DNA of 64,000 bases from an uncultured archaeon (lineage in GTDB: Archaea > Asgardarchaeota > Lokiarchaeia > Sigyniarchaeales > SOKP01), in assembly GCA_964583985.1 (NCBI GenBank), contig CAZOYD010000004.1, positions 24,023 through 88,022 of the forward strand, written 5' to 3'. A program made the position numbers and the translations under genes. Numbering within the stretch: position 1 is the stretch's first letter; each line of letters starts with the position of its first letter. Shown piece by piece: positions 10,892 through 20,972 of the stretch. The notes under the pieces were generated by a model. The model had not been told where the DNA came from. It saw only the letters and a program-made list of their open reading frames with translations, and did no database searches.

Positions 10892-11473
10892 GTGGTTAAA
10901 ATGAGTTCTGAAGAAGAAAAGGATGCTTTACGCCAACTTATCATGCTTATATCTGATTTACGTGCTAAAGATGAGGAGCGATATGAAGCTCATGTTAATT
11001 TTATGAACGAAACAATCAAAATGATTAGCGCTATTGAATCTCAAATGAATAAACATTGGTCAACAGTATTGGATTCATTAGGAGAATTAAATGAAAACAT
11101 TAATGATAATTTAGATTCGTTATTGACTGGTATCAATCCAAAAGGACTTCGTGAAACTTCAAAATCACTCCAAGAGATAATGGAAACGATGAATCGTAGT
11201 GTCCAATCAATGAATTTAGAGAAAGTTCTTAGTGAATTAAAATTCTTGAAAGCTAACACCATTCCTAATGAGATCCCCATGACGAGTCAAGTAATCACTG
11301 CAACCCAAAAACCTGAAACCATAAGCGCTGGAATCAATTTAAATACTCCTACACCCGTACCTGCAACGCCCCCAGATCAAAAACCCGAAGTCTATGGTTA
11401 TGTTCCTAAGAAGAAAAAGAAAGATGATGAAGATGAGCCCCATCTCATGAGACCTTCAGATTTGTTCAAATAA
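10892..11473 (+). CDS. Hypothetical protein: helical/coiled-coil N-terminus and Pro-rich disordered tail (likely start ATG 10901)
   Basis: 193-aa ORF with heptad-like helices, TPTPVPATPP linker and a short terminal motif. Confidence 0.7.
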   Translation: MVKMSSEEEKDALRQLIMLISDLRAKDEERYEAHVNFMNETIKMISAIESQMNKHWSTVLDSLGELNENINDNLDSLLTGINPKGLRETSKSLQEIMETMNRSVQSMNLEKVLSELKFLKANTIPNEIPMTSQVITATQKPETISAGINLNTPTPVPATPPDQKPEVYGYVPKKKKKDDEDEPHLMRPSDLFK

Positions 11474-11510
11474 GTAATTTTTAGTTTTTATCTCTTTATA
11501 TTTTCTTTTC

Positions 11511-12860
11511 TTACTTAAAATTATTCATAAATTTAGTCAGTTCTCCTTTTACTTCATCTAAATCTTCCCCTATCTTTTTAAATTTTATTACAATTGCAGG
11601 GATTCCAATCTCATTGTTAAATTTTTCCATAATAGAATTATAGATGTTCGATATTGAAGGACAACCAGAAACTTGATTAAAAATTACCCCATCAATTTTT
11701 AAATCCTTTGCAGCTTTAATATAAGAGTGAGTTAATGCTTCTTTATCACATCCTAATCCCTTATTTGATGCATCTAAAAGAAATTTAGCATAAGCTCCTA
11801 TTGGATCCAGTTTTGACGATACAGGAATTTCTTCTAATAAGCCGAAAATATCCCAGTCCGCATAAATTATGCGCCCTCCTAAATTATATATCATTTCATG
11901 AACCTTGGGATCCCATCCAGAGAATATTGGAGTAAAAAGCAATCGAGGTGTCCCAGATACATCAGTACCAATCTTTTTTCGAATTCTCTTCCTCATTTCT
12001 TTTACCAAATGCCCAATATTATCTAAATATCTTTGAGCATTTGAGTTATAATCTTGAAAGGAAATAGTTAGTAAAGCCAATATTTCTGCTAAGGTTGCAG
12101 GATTGGAAGGATAAAAATCAGAAGCACATATTTCATACAAAATTGTTTTGTAAAATCTTTTTACTTGGTTTCCTATTCGAAATTGCTTTTTTAAACTTTC
12201 TTCAGTAACGATGTTTCCAGTTATATTTTCCAATTGTAAAATTGCTTTTTTTATGTTTTTGACCATTAATTCTAAAGCTTCATCGGTAGATCCCATTTCT
12301 TTTGGGGGGATATCAACCCAAATTTGAGGGGACGAGGTGGAGTTCAGTGATTCTGAAAATGTATTCCATTCTCCACATCTCATTGCAAAATTGAGATTCG
12401 CATCTATATTTTTTCCTTTTGAGATATGCATTCCATAAAGCGCATTAATACCATAACATAAATCAGATGGTACTCCATTTTTAACCCCCAAATCATACAT
12501 CGCATTATATTTTTGATTAATAGAAGTAATAAGTTCTTCAAGAATTTTATCTACAATTTTAAGAATATCAAACTGCCTGGCAAGATCCAAGGCTTTTGAG
12601 GTCAAATCCCAACCCAATACACTTGTTGCAGAGTTTAATGCTAATAAAAGAGTATTTAATTTGAACGTGTCCATTCTAATTGGAAAAACAGGAAGCGCTC
12701 CTGCAGCAAAAACGAGATCAGGAAAACCTAAAGCCACGGATATTAATTTTTTTCTTTCACGAGTTTTTTTTCTTTTTAAATATTCTTTTCCAGTTAAAAA
12801 ATTATAGGACATTTTTAACACGGATGCAAAACTGATTACATCATCAGCGTAAATGCTCAT
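11511..12860 (-). CDS. 2-hydroxyacyl-CoA dehydratase / benzoyl-CoA reductase family subunit, paralog 2
   Basis: Three Fe-S cysteines (SDLC, MRC, VSGC) and IDGVIF; clearly paralogous to 12969..14327. Confidence 0.8.
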   Translation of the reverse strand: MSIYADDVISFASVLKMSYNFLTGKEYLKRKKTRERKKLISVALGFPDLVFAAGALPVFPIRMDTFKLNTLLLALNSATSVLGWDLTSKALDLARQFDILKIVDKILEELITSINQKYNAMYDLGVKNGVPSDLCYGINALYGMHISKGKNIDANLNFAMRCGEWNTFSESLNSTSSPQIWVDIPPKEMGSTDEALELMVKNIKKAILQLENITGNIVTEESLKKQFRIGNQVKRFYKTILYEICASDFYPSNPATLAEILALLTISFQDYNSNAQRYLDNIGHLVKEMRKRIRKKIGTDVSGTPRLLFTPIFSGWDPKVHEMIYNLGGRIIYADWDIFGLLEEIPVSSKLDPIGAYAKFLLDASNKGLGCDKEALTHSYIKAAKDLKIDGVIFNQVSGCPSISNIYNSIMEKFNNEIGIPAIVIKFKKIGEDLDEVKGELTKFMNNFK

Positions 12861-12968
12861 TATTTGCTAGACTCCAAGAATATTTTATAATTATCCTTCT
12901 TATGATTTATCATTTACTACAATTTGAGAAATGTTCTATATATATATAAAATATCACGATACTTATTT

Positions 12969-14327
12969 CTATTTGAACATTTCCATGAAAGCCCCAAGAC
13001 GAGTGGTAACTTGCTCAATATTATCTCCTATTCGATTGAAAGTTAATGATATTGATGGAATTTCTAACTCTTTTCTTATCTTATCTTTTAAAAGCCTATA
13101 ACAATTAGACACCGAATGACATCCGAATAATTGATTAAACACTATTCCATCAACTCCTAATTTTTCAGCAACACGAACATAGGAATCGGTTAAAACATTA
13201 TTATCGCATCCAATTCCATTTTCAGTTGCATTCGTTAGGAAATAAGCATATGCTTCAACAGGATCTGATTTACTTGAAATCGGAATATCATCAAGGAAGT
13301 GAAGGACGTCCCAATCAACATATAGAGCCCTTCCTCCAAGTTTATATATGATCTCGTGAGTTTTAGGCTCCCAACCGCCGAACATAGGCGTAACCATAAT
13401 TTTATGATATTTTGAGACATCCATACCAATTCCCTTTTTAATTCTCTCCCTCATTTCATCAACCATTTGATGTATATTTTCAGCATACCTCTTAGCATTT
13501 GAGTTATAATCTTGAAAACTAATACTAAGCAAGGCTAATATTTCACTAAAAGTGGCAGGATTGCATGGATAAAAATCTGAAGCTCCAATCTCATAAATTA
13601 TGGTTTTATAATCCCTGCGAATTTGATTTGATACTTTAAAATGTTCTCTCAATTGATTATCACTGTATGAATTGCCACTTATTTTCTCAAGATCGGTTAG
13701 AGCATGTCTAATATTATCTTCAAGCAACTCGATGGCATTTCCTATATTTCTTGGAGGAATATCAAGCCAAATTTGTGTAACATCACTTTTTATACTTTTT
13801 AAAGATTCTAAATATTTATTCCATGCGCTACATCTGATGGAATAATTGATGGTAGCACTCACGTTTTTCATTTTTGAAACGTGCATTCCAACTAAAGTTT
13901 TTAAAGCAAAGCAGAAATCACTCGATATCCCTCTTTCGACTCCAATATCATACATCTCATTATATTTTTCATTTAATGTTTCTATTACACCTTCGATAAT
14001 CTCATCAATTACCTTATTGACATCTTCAATCCCCGCGTTTTTTACATATCCTAAAATTTTTGAAACATTATCCCACCCTAAAATACTTGAAGCTGAACCT
14101 AAATAAGAAAGATATTTACTGACTTTGAAAACCTCCATTCGAATGGGAAATACGGGTATGAGATTTGGAAACCCAAAGAGCAAATCAGAAAAGGGTAATG
14201 CAACAGAAATAAGATGTTTTTTTTCTCTTAATTTTTTCCTTTTTAATTCATCTCTACCCGCTATTAGGTTATAGGACATCTTTAAAACTGATGAAAATCT
14301 GATAATTTCATCTGCATACAAACTCAT
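12969..14327 (-). CDS. 2-hydroxyacyl-CoA dehydratase / benzoyl-CoA reductase family subunit, paralog 1
   Basis: SDFC, IRC, VDGIVFNQLFGC, C-terminal TRLGAFMEM. Confidence 0.85.
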   Translation of the reverse strand: MSLYADEIIRFSSVLKMSYNLIAGRDELKRKKLREKKHLISVALPFSDLLFGFPNLIPVFPIRMEVFKVSKYLSYLGSASSILGWDNVSKILGYVKNAGIEDVNKVIDEIIEGVIETLNEKYNEMYDIGVERGISSDFCFALKTLVGMHVSKMKNVSATINYSIRCSAWNKYLESLKSIKSDVTQIWLDIPPRNIGNAIELLEDNIRHALTDLEKISGNSYSDNQLREHFKVSNQIRRDYKTIIYEIGASDFYPCNPATFSEILALLSISFQDYNSNAKRYAENIHQMVDEMRERIKKGIGMDVSKYHKIMVTPMFGGWEPKTHEIIYKLGGRALYVDWDVLHFLDDIPISSKSDPVEAYAYFLTNATENGIGCDNNVLTDSYVRVAEKLGVDGIVFNQLFGCHSVSNCYRLLKDKIRKELEIPSISLTFNRIGDNIEQVTTRLGAFMEMFK

Positions 14328-15466
14328 TATTCTAACATCTCCAAATATGCTTCAATTCGAGTCGATAATTGGCCTCTATTGGATCCAGAATAATCTCTTT
14401 CTAAATTTAACACTTTAATCCCATCTAATTGTAATTTTTCTTTAAAATATGATGAAAGCATTGAAAAATGATCGCAAAATTTAATGATATGATTTATCAC
14501 CCCTAAGTTTTTACCCGTTTTCTTTTTATAGGAATTATTTATTTTTACAAGTTGTGCAATTTTGTTATCCAAGAAATCAGGAACGGAATGATCGCTAAGG
14601 ATGTTCTTTTTATATCTCTGAACGAATAAATCATATGGACTGAGACTTGAATTCAATTCCTCCTTACTAAAAACCTGTGAAAAGTAGTGATTTCCTATCC
14701 ACGTATCAAAGAAAACCACATTTCCGCCAGCATCCTCAATCAAATCAACTAAGTAATCACTTATGAATATCGAGCAACCAGTTAATATCACATTTTTTAA
14801 CGTATCCACTTGATGAATTTGTTTATCTCGATTATTTTCTATGAAATCTGTAAGTTTTTTATGATAAGAAGGTCCAAACAGCATCGCTTCTTGGATGATG
14901 CGTAATTTCTTTGAACCGATTAAATTTAAGGAATTTAATTCGAGTAATTTCTGTTTAAACTTATTAAATTTATTTATACTTTCGTATAGTTTATCATCAG
15001 TTAGTTTAGATTTTATAATATCTTCAAGTTGTCGCTTGAAATCTTCTAATTCTAATCTGAAATATTTTTCACTATTCTCATTTTTTGTATAAGTCACATA
15101 AAAGTTTAATCGTGGAATATTGAAATATTTTGTAATTATTTCTGACCCACAAATATCAGAAACGCAGTGATTCGATACGATAAAGTAGTCGACTAACTCT
15201 AAAAATCGATATTTAGAAGGTTTATTCGCAAAAAGACCAATACATGATTGAGTAAAAGCACATGTAGACGGAGGCAAATAATCATGGCTAGCATTCATTA
15301 ACTCCTCATTACCACCAAACATCATTCTTAAGGGAAAAATACCACAAGCATCCATCATCTCTTCAGGAATATTATCATGAGCCAAAAATGCAGCAATTTT
15401 AACACCACTTTGTTTTTTTTCTCGTAAGAATTGTGAAAAATCAGATAAAAGATTCGGAATATCCAT
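14327..15466 (-). CDS. 2-hydroxyacyl-CoA dehydratase family partner subunit (HgdB/FldC-like)
   Basis: PEEMMDACG, PSTC, IKFCD, GQLSTRIEAYLEML; stop overlaps the next start. Confidence 0.85.
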   Translation of the reverse strand: MDIPNLLSDFSQFLREKKQSGVKIAAFLAHDNIPEEMMDACGIFPLRMMFGGNEELMNASHDYLPPSTCAFTQSCIGLFANKPSKYRFLELVDYFIVSNHCVSDICGSEIITKYFNIPRLNFYVTYTKNENSEKYFRLELEDFKRQLEDIIKSKLTDDKLYESINKFNKFKQKLLELNSLNLIGSKKLRIIQEAMLFGPSYHKKLTDFIENNRDKQIHQVDTLKNVILTGCSIFISDYLVDLIEDAGGNVVFFDTWIGNHYFSQVFSKEELNSSLSPYDLFVQRYKKNILSDHSVPDFLDNKIAQLVKINNSYKKKTGKNLGVINHIIKFCDHFSMLSSYFKEKLQLDGIKVLNLERDYSGSNRGQLSTRIEAYLEMLE

Positions 15467-15575
15467 CGTTAACTAGCCATCTAATTTAAATATTAATCAA
15501 GAAAAACTTAATTCTTTATAAAATTTTACCCATCATAAATATAAACAAATGTATTAAAAAAGGTTATAAAAAATC

Positions 15576-16358
15576 CTATTTAGCGCCAATATTTTCTTGA
15601 GCAATTAAAGCTGCTCCAATTGCTCCAGTTAATTGGGGAAATTCCGGTATGACAATCTCATATCCAAGTTCTTCTTCTAAATATTTTTTAACTGCACTAT
15701 TTAAAGCTACACCTCCACAAAATACGAGTTGAGGCTCAACTCCGATCCTCTTTGCCATTCCTGCTACTCTTTTTGCAATTGACTTATGGATTCCACTCGC
15801 AATATCTTCTTTTGAAGCACCTCTAGCAAATAAGCTAATTACTTCACTTTCAGCAAATACAGTACAAGTTGAACTAATAGATGCTGGATTATTTGATTTT
15901 AAAGCCAGTGAACCAAATTGCTCAATAGGAACCTCTAATGCATGAGCCATAACTTCAAGGAAACGTCCGGTTCCTGCAGCGCACTTATCATTCATTTGAA
16001 AGTCAATAACTTTACTTGTCTTTGAAGAAATTAATATAGCTTTGCTATCCTGACCTCCAATATCGATTACAGAACGAGCTTCAGGAAAAAAGTATTGTAT
16101 CCCTTTAGCATGAGCCGTGATTTCAGTAACTCTATCATCAGCGATATCAATTGTATTTCTACCGTATCCAGTGCTCATAACATATACATCAGATCTTTTA
16201 AGATTATGTTTGATTAGAATATCATCAAATAATTCATGCCCTATTTTTTTAAAATTATAGGTTGAACGTTCAGTACGATGATCAGCCAACTTGCCTTCAA
16301 TAATCAAGGCAATTTTTGTGGCAAGACTTCCTATATCGATTCCAATAAAAATGTCCAT
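15576..16358 (-). CDS. ATP-dependent activator of dehydratase/reductase (HgdC/BcrAD family, ASKHA Fe-S ATPase)
   Basis: GIDIGS, TGYGR, EITAH, DIGGQDSK, MNDKCAAGTGRFLE, STCTVFAESE, GGVA. Confidence 0.95.
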   Translation of the reverse strand: MDIFIGIDIGSLATKIALIIEGKLADHRTERSTYNFKKIGHELFDDILIKHNLKRSDVYVMSTGYGRNTIDIADDRVTEITAHAKGIQYFFPEARSVIDIGGQDSKAILISSKTSKVIDFQMNDKCAAGTGRFLEVMAHALEVPIEQFGSLALKSNNPASISSTCTVFAESEVISLFARGASKEDIASGIHKSIAKRVAGMAKRIGVEPQLVFCGGVALNSAVKKYLEEELGYEIVIPEFPQLTGAIGAALIAQENIGAK

Positions 16359-16447
16359 TTTGTGTTCTCTTAAGTGGCTTGTATAGACAAAAATAGTCCA
16401 GAAAATATTAAATTTGCGATGTTATGACATGAAGGTTAAAATATAAA

Positions 16448-17212
16448 TTAAATACCTAATAAGATGGATACTAGAAGGGTTACAACACCAGCGGTAATTA
16501 AATGAATCGAATATTTAATTTTTCCCCCTCCAGAGATATTTCCAAGAAAAATTCCCAGATATATAAGGAGACCTGCTAATATGGTATAAGAAAATAAGAA
16601 GTGAAACAAGGTTAATGTTGTGCCAAAAAAGAATGGAATCAAGGGGAGTGATGATCCCAACACGGGTGCGAATCCATCAACCAAGGAAGCAATCCATGTA
16701 GCAAAGTCCTCAGCTTGTTGGATAATCGATTTTTCTTTCTTTTTCTTCTTAATATTACTAGATAATATCTCTTTTTTGAGTGATAACTTTTTTTTTAATG
16801 GAACTACCATTGCTTTTTGTATGGCAACTAATTCCTCTTCGGTTAGTGAATCTTCTTCATTAGATAACTGATTAATTTCATCTTCTAATATGACCATGTC
16901 TTTTCTTAAATCTGCCATTTTTTTCTTCCTCTCTGCTTCTTCAGAGAGAAAAGCTCCCCATAATCCACTAATTCCAATAGCTAACGCAGTTGCAAATCCA
17001 TAAATAATCACCGTACTTGGAGTGTTTTTTACTCCTACAGGTGGATCAAGAAATACTATAAAAAGCCCACTGACAATTCCTGCACAAGTAAGAGCACCAT
17101 CAAAACAATTATTGAAAAATTTTCGACGAGCTATTATGCCCAGATCGGACATGGTTGCGTATTTTTTCCATTTTTTTATTAGATCTTTGAATGCCATTCT
17201 TTTATTAAACAC
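16448..17212 (-). CDS. VIT1/CCC1-family (TIGR00267-like) membrane metal transporter (likely start ATG 17197)
   Basis: ARRKFFNNCFDGALT, SGLWGAFLSEEAER, PLIPFF, about five TM segments with a charged cytosolic loop. Confidence 0.8.
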   Translation of the reverse strand: MFNKRMAFKDLIKKWKKYATMSDLGIIARRKFFNNCFDGALTCAGIVSGLFIVFLDPPVGVKNTPSTVIIYGFATALAIGISGLWGAFLSEEAERKKKMADLRKDMVILEDEINQLSNEEDSLTEEELVAIQKAMVVPLKKKLSLKKEILSSNIKKKKKEKSIIQQAEDFATWIASLVDGFAPVLGSSLPLIPFFFGTTLTLFHFLFSYTILAGLLIYLGIFLGNISGGGKIKYSIHLITAGVVTLLVSILLGI

Positions 17213-17386
17213 CTAATCATGCGGAAAAATTGAGTGAAACGTTTCCTATTAAATTAACAAAATTATATCAATTTATATTTTTTTTGAATAAATTTTTTAT
17301 TTTGAAAACTGATGATTTTTATTTACTTAATCATATATTATTCATAGATATAATTCATTGATTAATATAAGTATAGGGATTAATAA

Positions 17387-18022
17387 ATGGCAATAAACAG
17401 AAAAATAAAAGAAGAAATAATTTCTTTACTCATTGATCATTCGCGGATTATTTATAATGTAATTAGTGATATGGCGGTATATTATAATTTTTGGAGTGAA
17501 GATCAAGGAAAGGCTCTGGAAAAGAAAAGGAATAAAATGAAGCTACTTGAAGAAGAAGCAGATGAGATAAAAATTCAAATAATACAAGATTATTCTGAAG
17601 TTGGAGCGGGTTATGGTGATTATATTGATTTAATTCTCCGGATGGACAATGTAATTAATTATCCATTAGAATTTGTCGATATGCTACCTAAAATACAACT
17701 AGATCAAAAAATCAAGAAAGAAGTCAGCAGTAGATATCATAAACTAATTAATATCATAATTCAGATGACTGATGTCTTAAAAACCACCATAAAGAATTTA
17801 AGAGATAATAAAGCAATAGTATTCAATAATACAACAGAGATACATGAATTAGAAAATGAAATTGATTCAATCTATAGACAATTCTTAGAATATTTGTATT
17901 CAAATGAAGAAATTAATATTAGATCCTTGTTGAGATTGAGAGATAGTATCGTTTTATTGGAACAATTAGCAGATCGGATACATGATATAGCTGATCTCAT
18001 TCGAGTTTTATTGTACCATTGA
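17387..18022 (+). CDS. DUF47 / PhoU-like helical protein
   Basis: Repeated motifs LEEEADEI and LENEIDSI, plus LEQLADRIHDIAD. Confidence 0.85.
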   Translation: MAINRKIKEEIISLLIDHSRIIYNVISDMAVYYNFWSEDQGKALEKKRNKMKLLEEEADEIKIQIIQDYSEVGAGYGDYIDLILRMDNVINYPLEFVDMLPKIQLDQKIKKEVSSRYHKLINIIIQMTDVLKTTIKNLRDNKAIVFNNTTEIHELENEIDSIYRQFLEYLYSNEEINIRSLLRLRDSIVLLEQLADRIHDIADLIRVLLYH

Positions 18023-18147
18023 GTTAATATTATTAATCTCGTGAAAACAAATTAAATCTTTGACTATTTTTAGTTAAATTTTTACGCAATTCAACTTATA
18101 TTAAAAATAAAAATAAAAAAAAAATTTTCAACTTAAGTGATAATTTT

Positions 18148-18510
18148 ATGAATGGCAAGCAAAAATTTTTTGCACTACTAGGATTATTGCAAATCGTTTT
18201 GATTTTTACAGTGTTTTTTTCAGTTGATGGTTTGGTTGGTTTTGTGTCTGCACAAACCACAAATTTTGATTATTATAACTCATCGACAAGTTTTGGTTTA
18301 GCAATTGGTGCAGGCATCTCTGTGGGTATGGGCGTCATAGGAAGCGGTATGGCATTAAAAACTGTTGGAACTGCCGCTATTGCTACATTATCGGAACGAG
18401 AGGAATCATTCTTTAAAGCATTTTTAGTTGTTGCGCTAGCTGAAGCATTAGCTATTTACGGTTTGATCGTTGCAATGCTATTGTGGAATAAAATACCCAA
18501 CCCCGCATAA
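18148..18510 (+). CDS. atpK: V/A-type ATPase proteolipid subunit K (c)
   Basis: Gly-rich helix GLAIGAGISVGMGVIGSG and conserved Glu in LAEALAIYG; extra N-terminal hydrophobic helix. Confidence 0.92.
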   Translation: MNGKQKFFALLGLLQIVLIFTVFFSVDGLVGFVSAQTTNFDYYNSSTSFGLAIGAGISVGMGVIGSGMALKTVGTAAIATLSEREESFFKAFLVVALAEALAIYGLIVAMLLWNKIPNPA

Positions 18511-18552
18511 ATTTAACTGACTATTATCATAAGGAATTTTGGTGATTTTTTC

Positions 18553-19605
18553 ACGAGTGTAATAATACCTTCTTACGCATATACATATGTAAAAATTGGT
18601 TTTCTAAAGCAATTAATCATTGATGATGTTTCGCTTACTAAATTAAAAACATTTTCAAATATTCAAGAATTTATTGAATTTATTCAACCATATTATCCAG
18701 AAATTAATATTAAAAAATATAGTATAATTGAGATTGAAAAGTCGTTATTTCATACTTTTATTAAACTCATTGGAAAAATATTAATTATTTCGCCTGAGAG
18801 TATGAGGCGATTCTTATCTGATTATCTATTGAAATTTGAAATTGCTAACATTAAACAAGTGATTATGGGGGTAATAACTGGAGTAAGCAGTAAAGAACTA
18901 TCAAAAGATATCAATTTCCTCGTTGAAGAATTTCTTGAACATGAAGAATTTATGAATCGTTTAATTGAACTAACTTCATTGGATGAGATTCAATTATATA
19001 TGTCTAAAACTAGATATTATAAAGCAATTCGAGAAGGCATTCTTTATTTTAATAATAATAGTGAAATATTTGTAATGGAAGCATTCTTAGACCAAATTTA
19101 TTATAATAACTTACTTGAGCGAGAAAAATCCTATGATAAAAAAGAAAAAATGATGATAAGTTCATACATACACCAATTGACTGAAATTTATAATTTACGA
19201 ATGATTTCAAGAGGAATCATTAATAACATTGATAAAGATTTGCTAGTACAATTCTTGGTCAATGCATATTTTTTTTTAGACGGAGAAAAAATGAATATCT
19301 TATTAAATCTTAATAATATTGATGATTTTTTTCTGCAAATTGAAAAATTTCTTAAAAATACACCAAAATTAAAGGGATTACAAATCCCGATAATAATCAA
19401 TAAAAATCACTTTATATGGTCTCTTGGAGCAATTTATCAGAATTATTTTTTCAAAAAATATAAACTAAAAATTGATGATATTGAAGATTCAACAATTTAT
19501 CGAATTTTAGAAATCATAATTAAAAAAGATAAAGAAATTAAATTTAATATTATGCCAAATATAATTCGAATTATCCACGATAAGTACGAGAGGTTAGAAG
19601 AATAG
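18553..19605 (+). CDS. atpC: V/A-type ATPase subunit C (d); N-terminus extends upstream of the ORF-track ATG 18802
   Basis: Frame is open from 18517 and encodes SYAYTYVKIGFLKQLI, typical of the subunit C N-terminus; FEIANIK and EIYNLRMISRG motifs; ACG start proposed. Confidence 0.8.
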   Translation, partial: TSVIIPSYAYTYVKIGFLKQLIIDDVSLTKLKTFSNIQEFIEFIQPYYPEINIKKYSIIEIEKSLFHTFIKLIGKILIISPESMRRFLSDYLLKFEIANIKQVIMGVITGVSSKELSKDINFLVEEFLEHEEFMNRLIELTSLDEIQLYMSKTRYYKAIREGILYFNNNSEIFVMEAFLDQIYYNNLLEREKSYDKKEKMMISSYIHQLTEIYNLRMISRGIINNIDKDLLVQFLVNAYFFLDGEKMNILLNLNNIDDFFLQIEKFLKNTPKLKGLQIPIIINKNHFIWSLGAIYQNYFFKKYKLKIDDIEDSTIYRILEIIIKKDKEIKFNIMPNIIRIIHDKYERLEE

Positions 19606-19606
19606 C

Positions 19607-19924
19607 ATGGAAATATTTAAATGGGCTAAAGATATAGAAAAAATATATATAGAATTAATAGAAAAAAGTAAAAAAGAGAATTTGGAAGAAATTCAATCAT
19701 TTAGAGCCGAACAAGAGCAAATTTTAGCGGATTCAATTCAAGAGAGACAAAATCTGGTGAAAAGTGTTTTACAAACTCTTTCTGAAGATATTGAGAAAGA
19801 AGTCTCTTCATTTAAAGAAAAAGTCTCTAAAGCTATAGGCAATATTGTGAAAAAATATGAAATAACTAAACCACAAATTCTTGAAAAAGCAATTCAACAG
19901 TTAGGACTTGATCTAAATGCCTGA
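19607..19924 (+). CDS. V/A-type ATPase peripheral stalk subunit G/H (putative)
   Basis: 105-aa charged helical protein inside the ATPase operon. Confidence 0.65.
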   Translation: MEIFKWAKDIEKIYIELIEKSKKENLEEIQSFRAEQEQILADSIQERQNLVKSVLQTLSEDIEKEVSSFKEKVSKAIGNIVKKYEITKPQILEKAIQQLGLDLNA

Positions 19925-20240
19925 GCAAAAAATTATTGTCATAGGAGACGATGAAATTATAATCCTTCTAAGATTATTTGGTATAGAGGGAATTTCTATG
20001 AAAGATGATGGAGAATTCATTAAAAAATTTGAATCCCTTACTCTTAATGATGAAATTGGCATGATTATTATTGCCCTCGACTTGTCAGAAGAAAATTCGC
20101 GTTATTTGATAGATTTTAAAACCAATAAACATTCTCCATTTATTTTATATTTACCAGATATGTTTAAAGAAGATCTCGATAGGGATGTATTATTTAAAGA
20201 ATTATTTAAAACCATAAATAAAATTACAAGTCAAGGGTGA
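19917..20240 (+). CDS. atpF: V/A-type ATPase subunit F
   Basis: KIIVIGD..LRLFGIEG, EIGMIII, LYLPD; size and position fit. Confidence 0.85.
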   Translation: MPEQKIIVIGDDEIIILLRLFGIEGISMKDDGEFIKKFESLTLNDEIGMIIIALDLSEENSRYLIDFKTNKHSPFILYLPDMFKEDLDRDVLFKELFKTINKITSQG

Positions 20241-20972
20241 ATGAGCATTTCTGAGCACAATGAGTTAAAGGAACAATTTGGTCGGTTAGGAGTTAATTTA
20301 ATTAATACCGCTAAAAAACAAATTAAAGAATTGAATCAAAACACACTTTTTCAGAAATCTCAAATTAAAAAAAATCTCCTAAAAAGGAACAATGAAAACT
20401 CTCTTAAGACAAAAACTCATTTTATTGAAACTTATGTTCAATTATTAAATAATGCATTAGCATCCACTTTATTGAAGACCAAACAAGACGTTCTCGAAAT
20501 TAAAAATACACTCTTGAATGAATTATCATTAGATTTGATAAAGCGAATCGAATCAAATATCGATAGTAATTATGAGAATTATGTCATATATTTAATAAAT
20601 GAATTAAAAAAATTTGCTCAAACGATTAAATCTTCCCATAACGTAGCCATACTTTTAAATGAGAGAGATTACAAGTTTTTTTCTAAGAATTCTCACAAAA
20701 TAAAAGACTTGTTCAAAACTCAAATTACCCTGCAGATCACAGACGAACCTTTTATAGGGGGATTTAAAGCATATATCGTTAATGAAAATATCTCCTATGA
20801 TGTTAAGATTGAAAGTTATATTTTAAAACAATCCCTATTAATTGAGAGCGCGTTTTCTGAGCAATTCTCTGAAAAAGACATTACTGAATTGATCCAAAAT
20901 TTTGAAAATTTCATATCTAATAAAAAAGATAGTATTGAGGCGAATTTGAAAGAATATGACAGAATTGGATGA
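20241..20972 (+). CDS. atpE: V/A-type ATPase subunit E
   Basis: Long N-terminal helix, LNERD, FIGGF, ISYD; directly precedes subunit A. Confidence 0.8.
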   Translation: MSISEHNELKEQFGRLGVNLINTAKKQIKELNQNTLFQKSQIKKNLLKRNNENSLKTKTHFIETYVQLLNNALASTLLKTKQDVLEIKNTLLNELSLDLIKRIESNIDSNYENYVIYLINELKKFAQTIKSSHNVAILLNERDYKFFSKNSHKIKDLFKTQITLQITDEPFIGGFKAYIVNENISYDVKIESYILKQSLLIESAFSEQFSEKDITELIQNFENFISNKKDSIEANLKEYDRIG

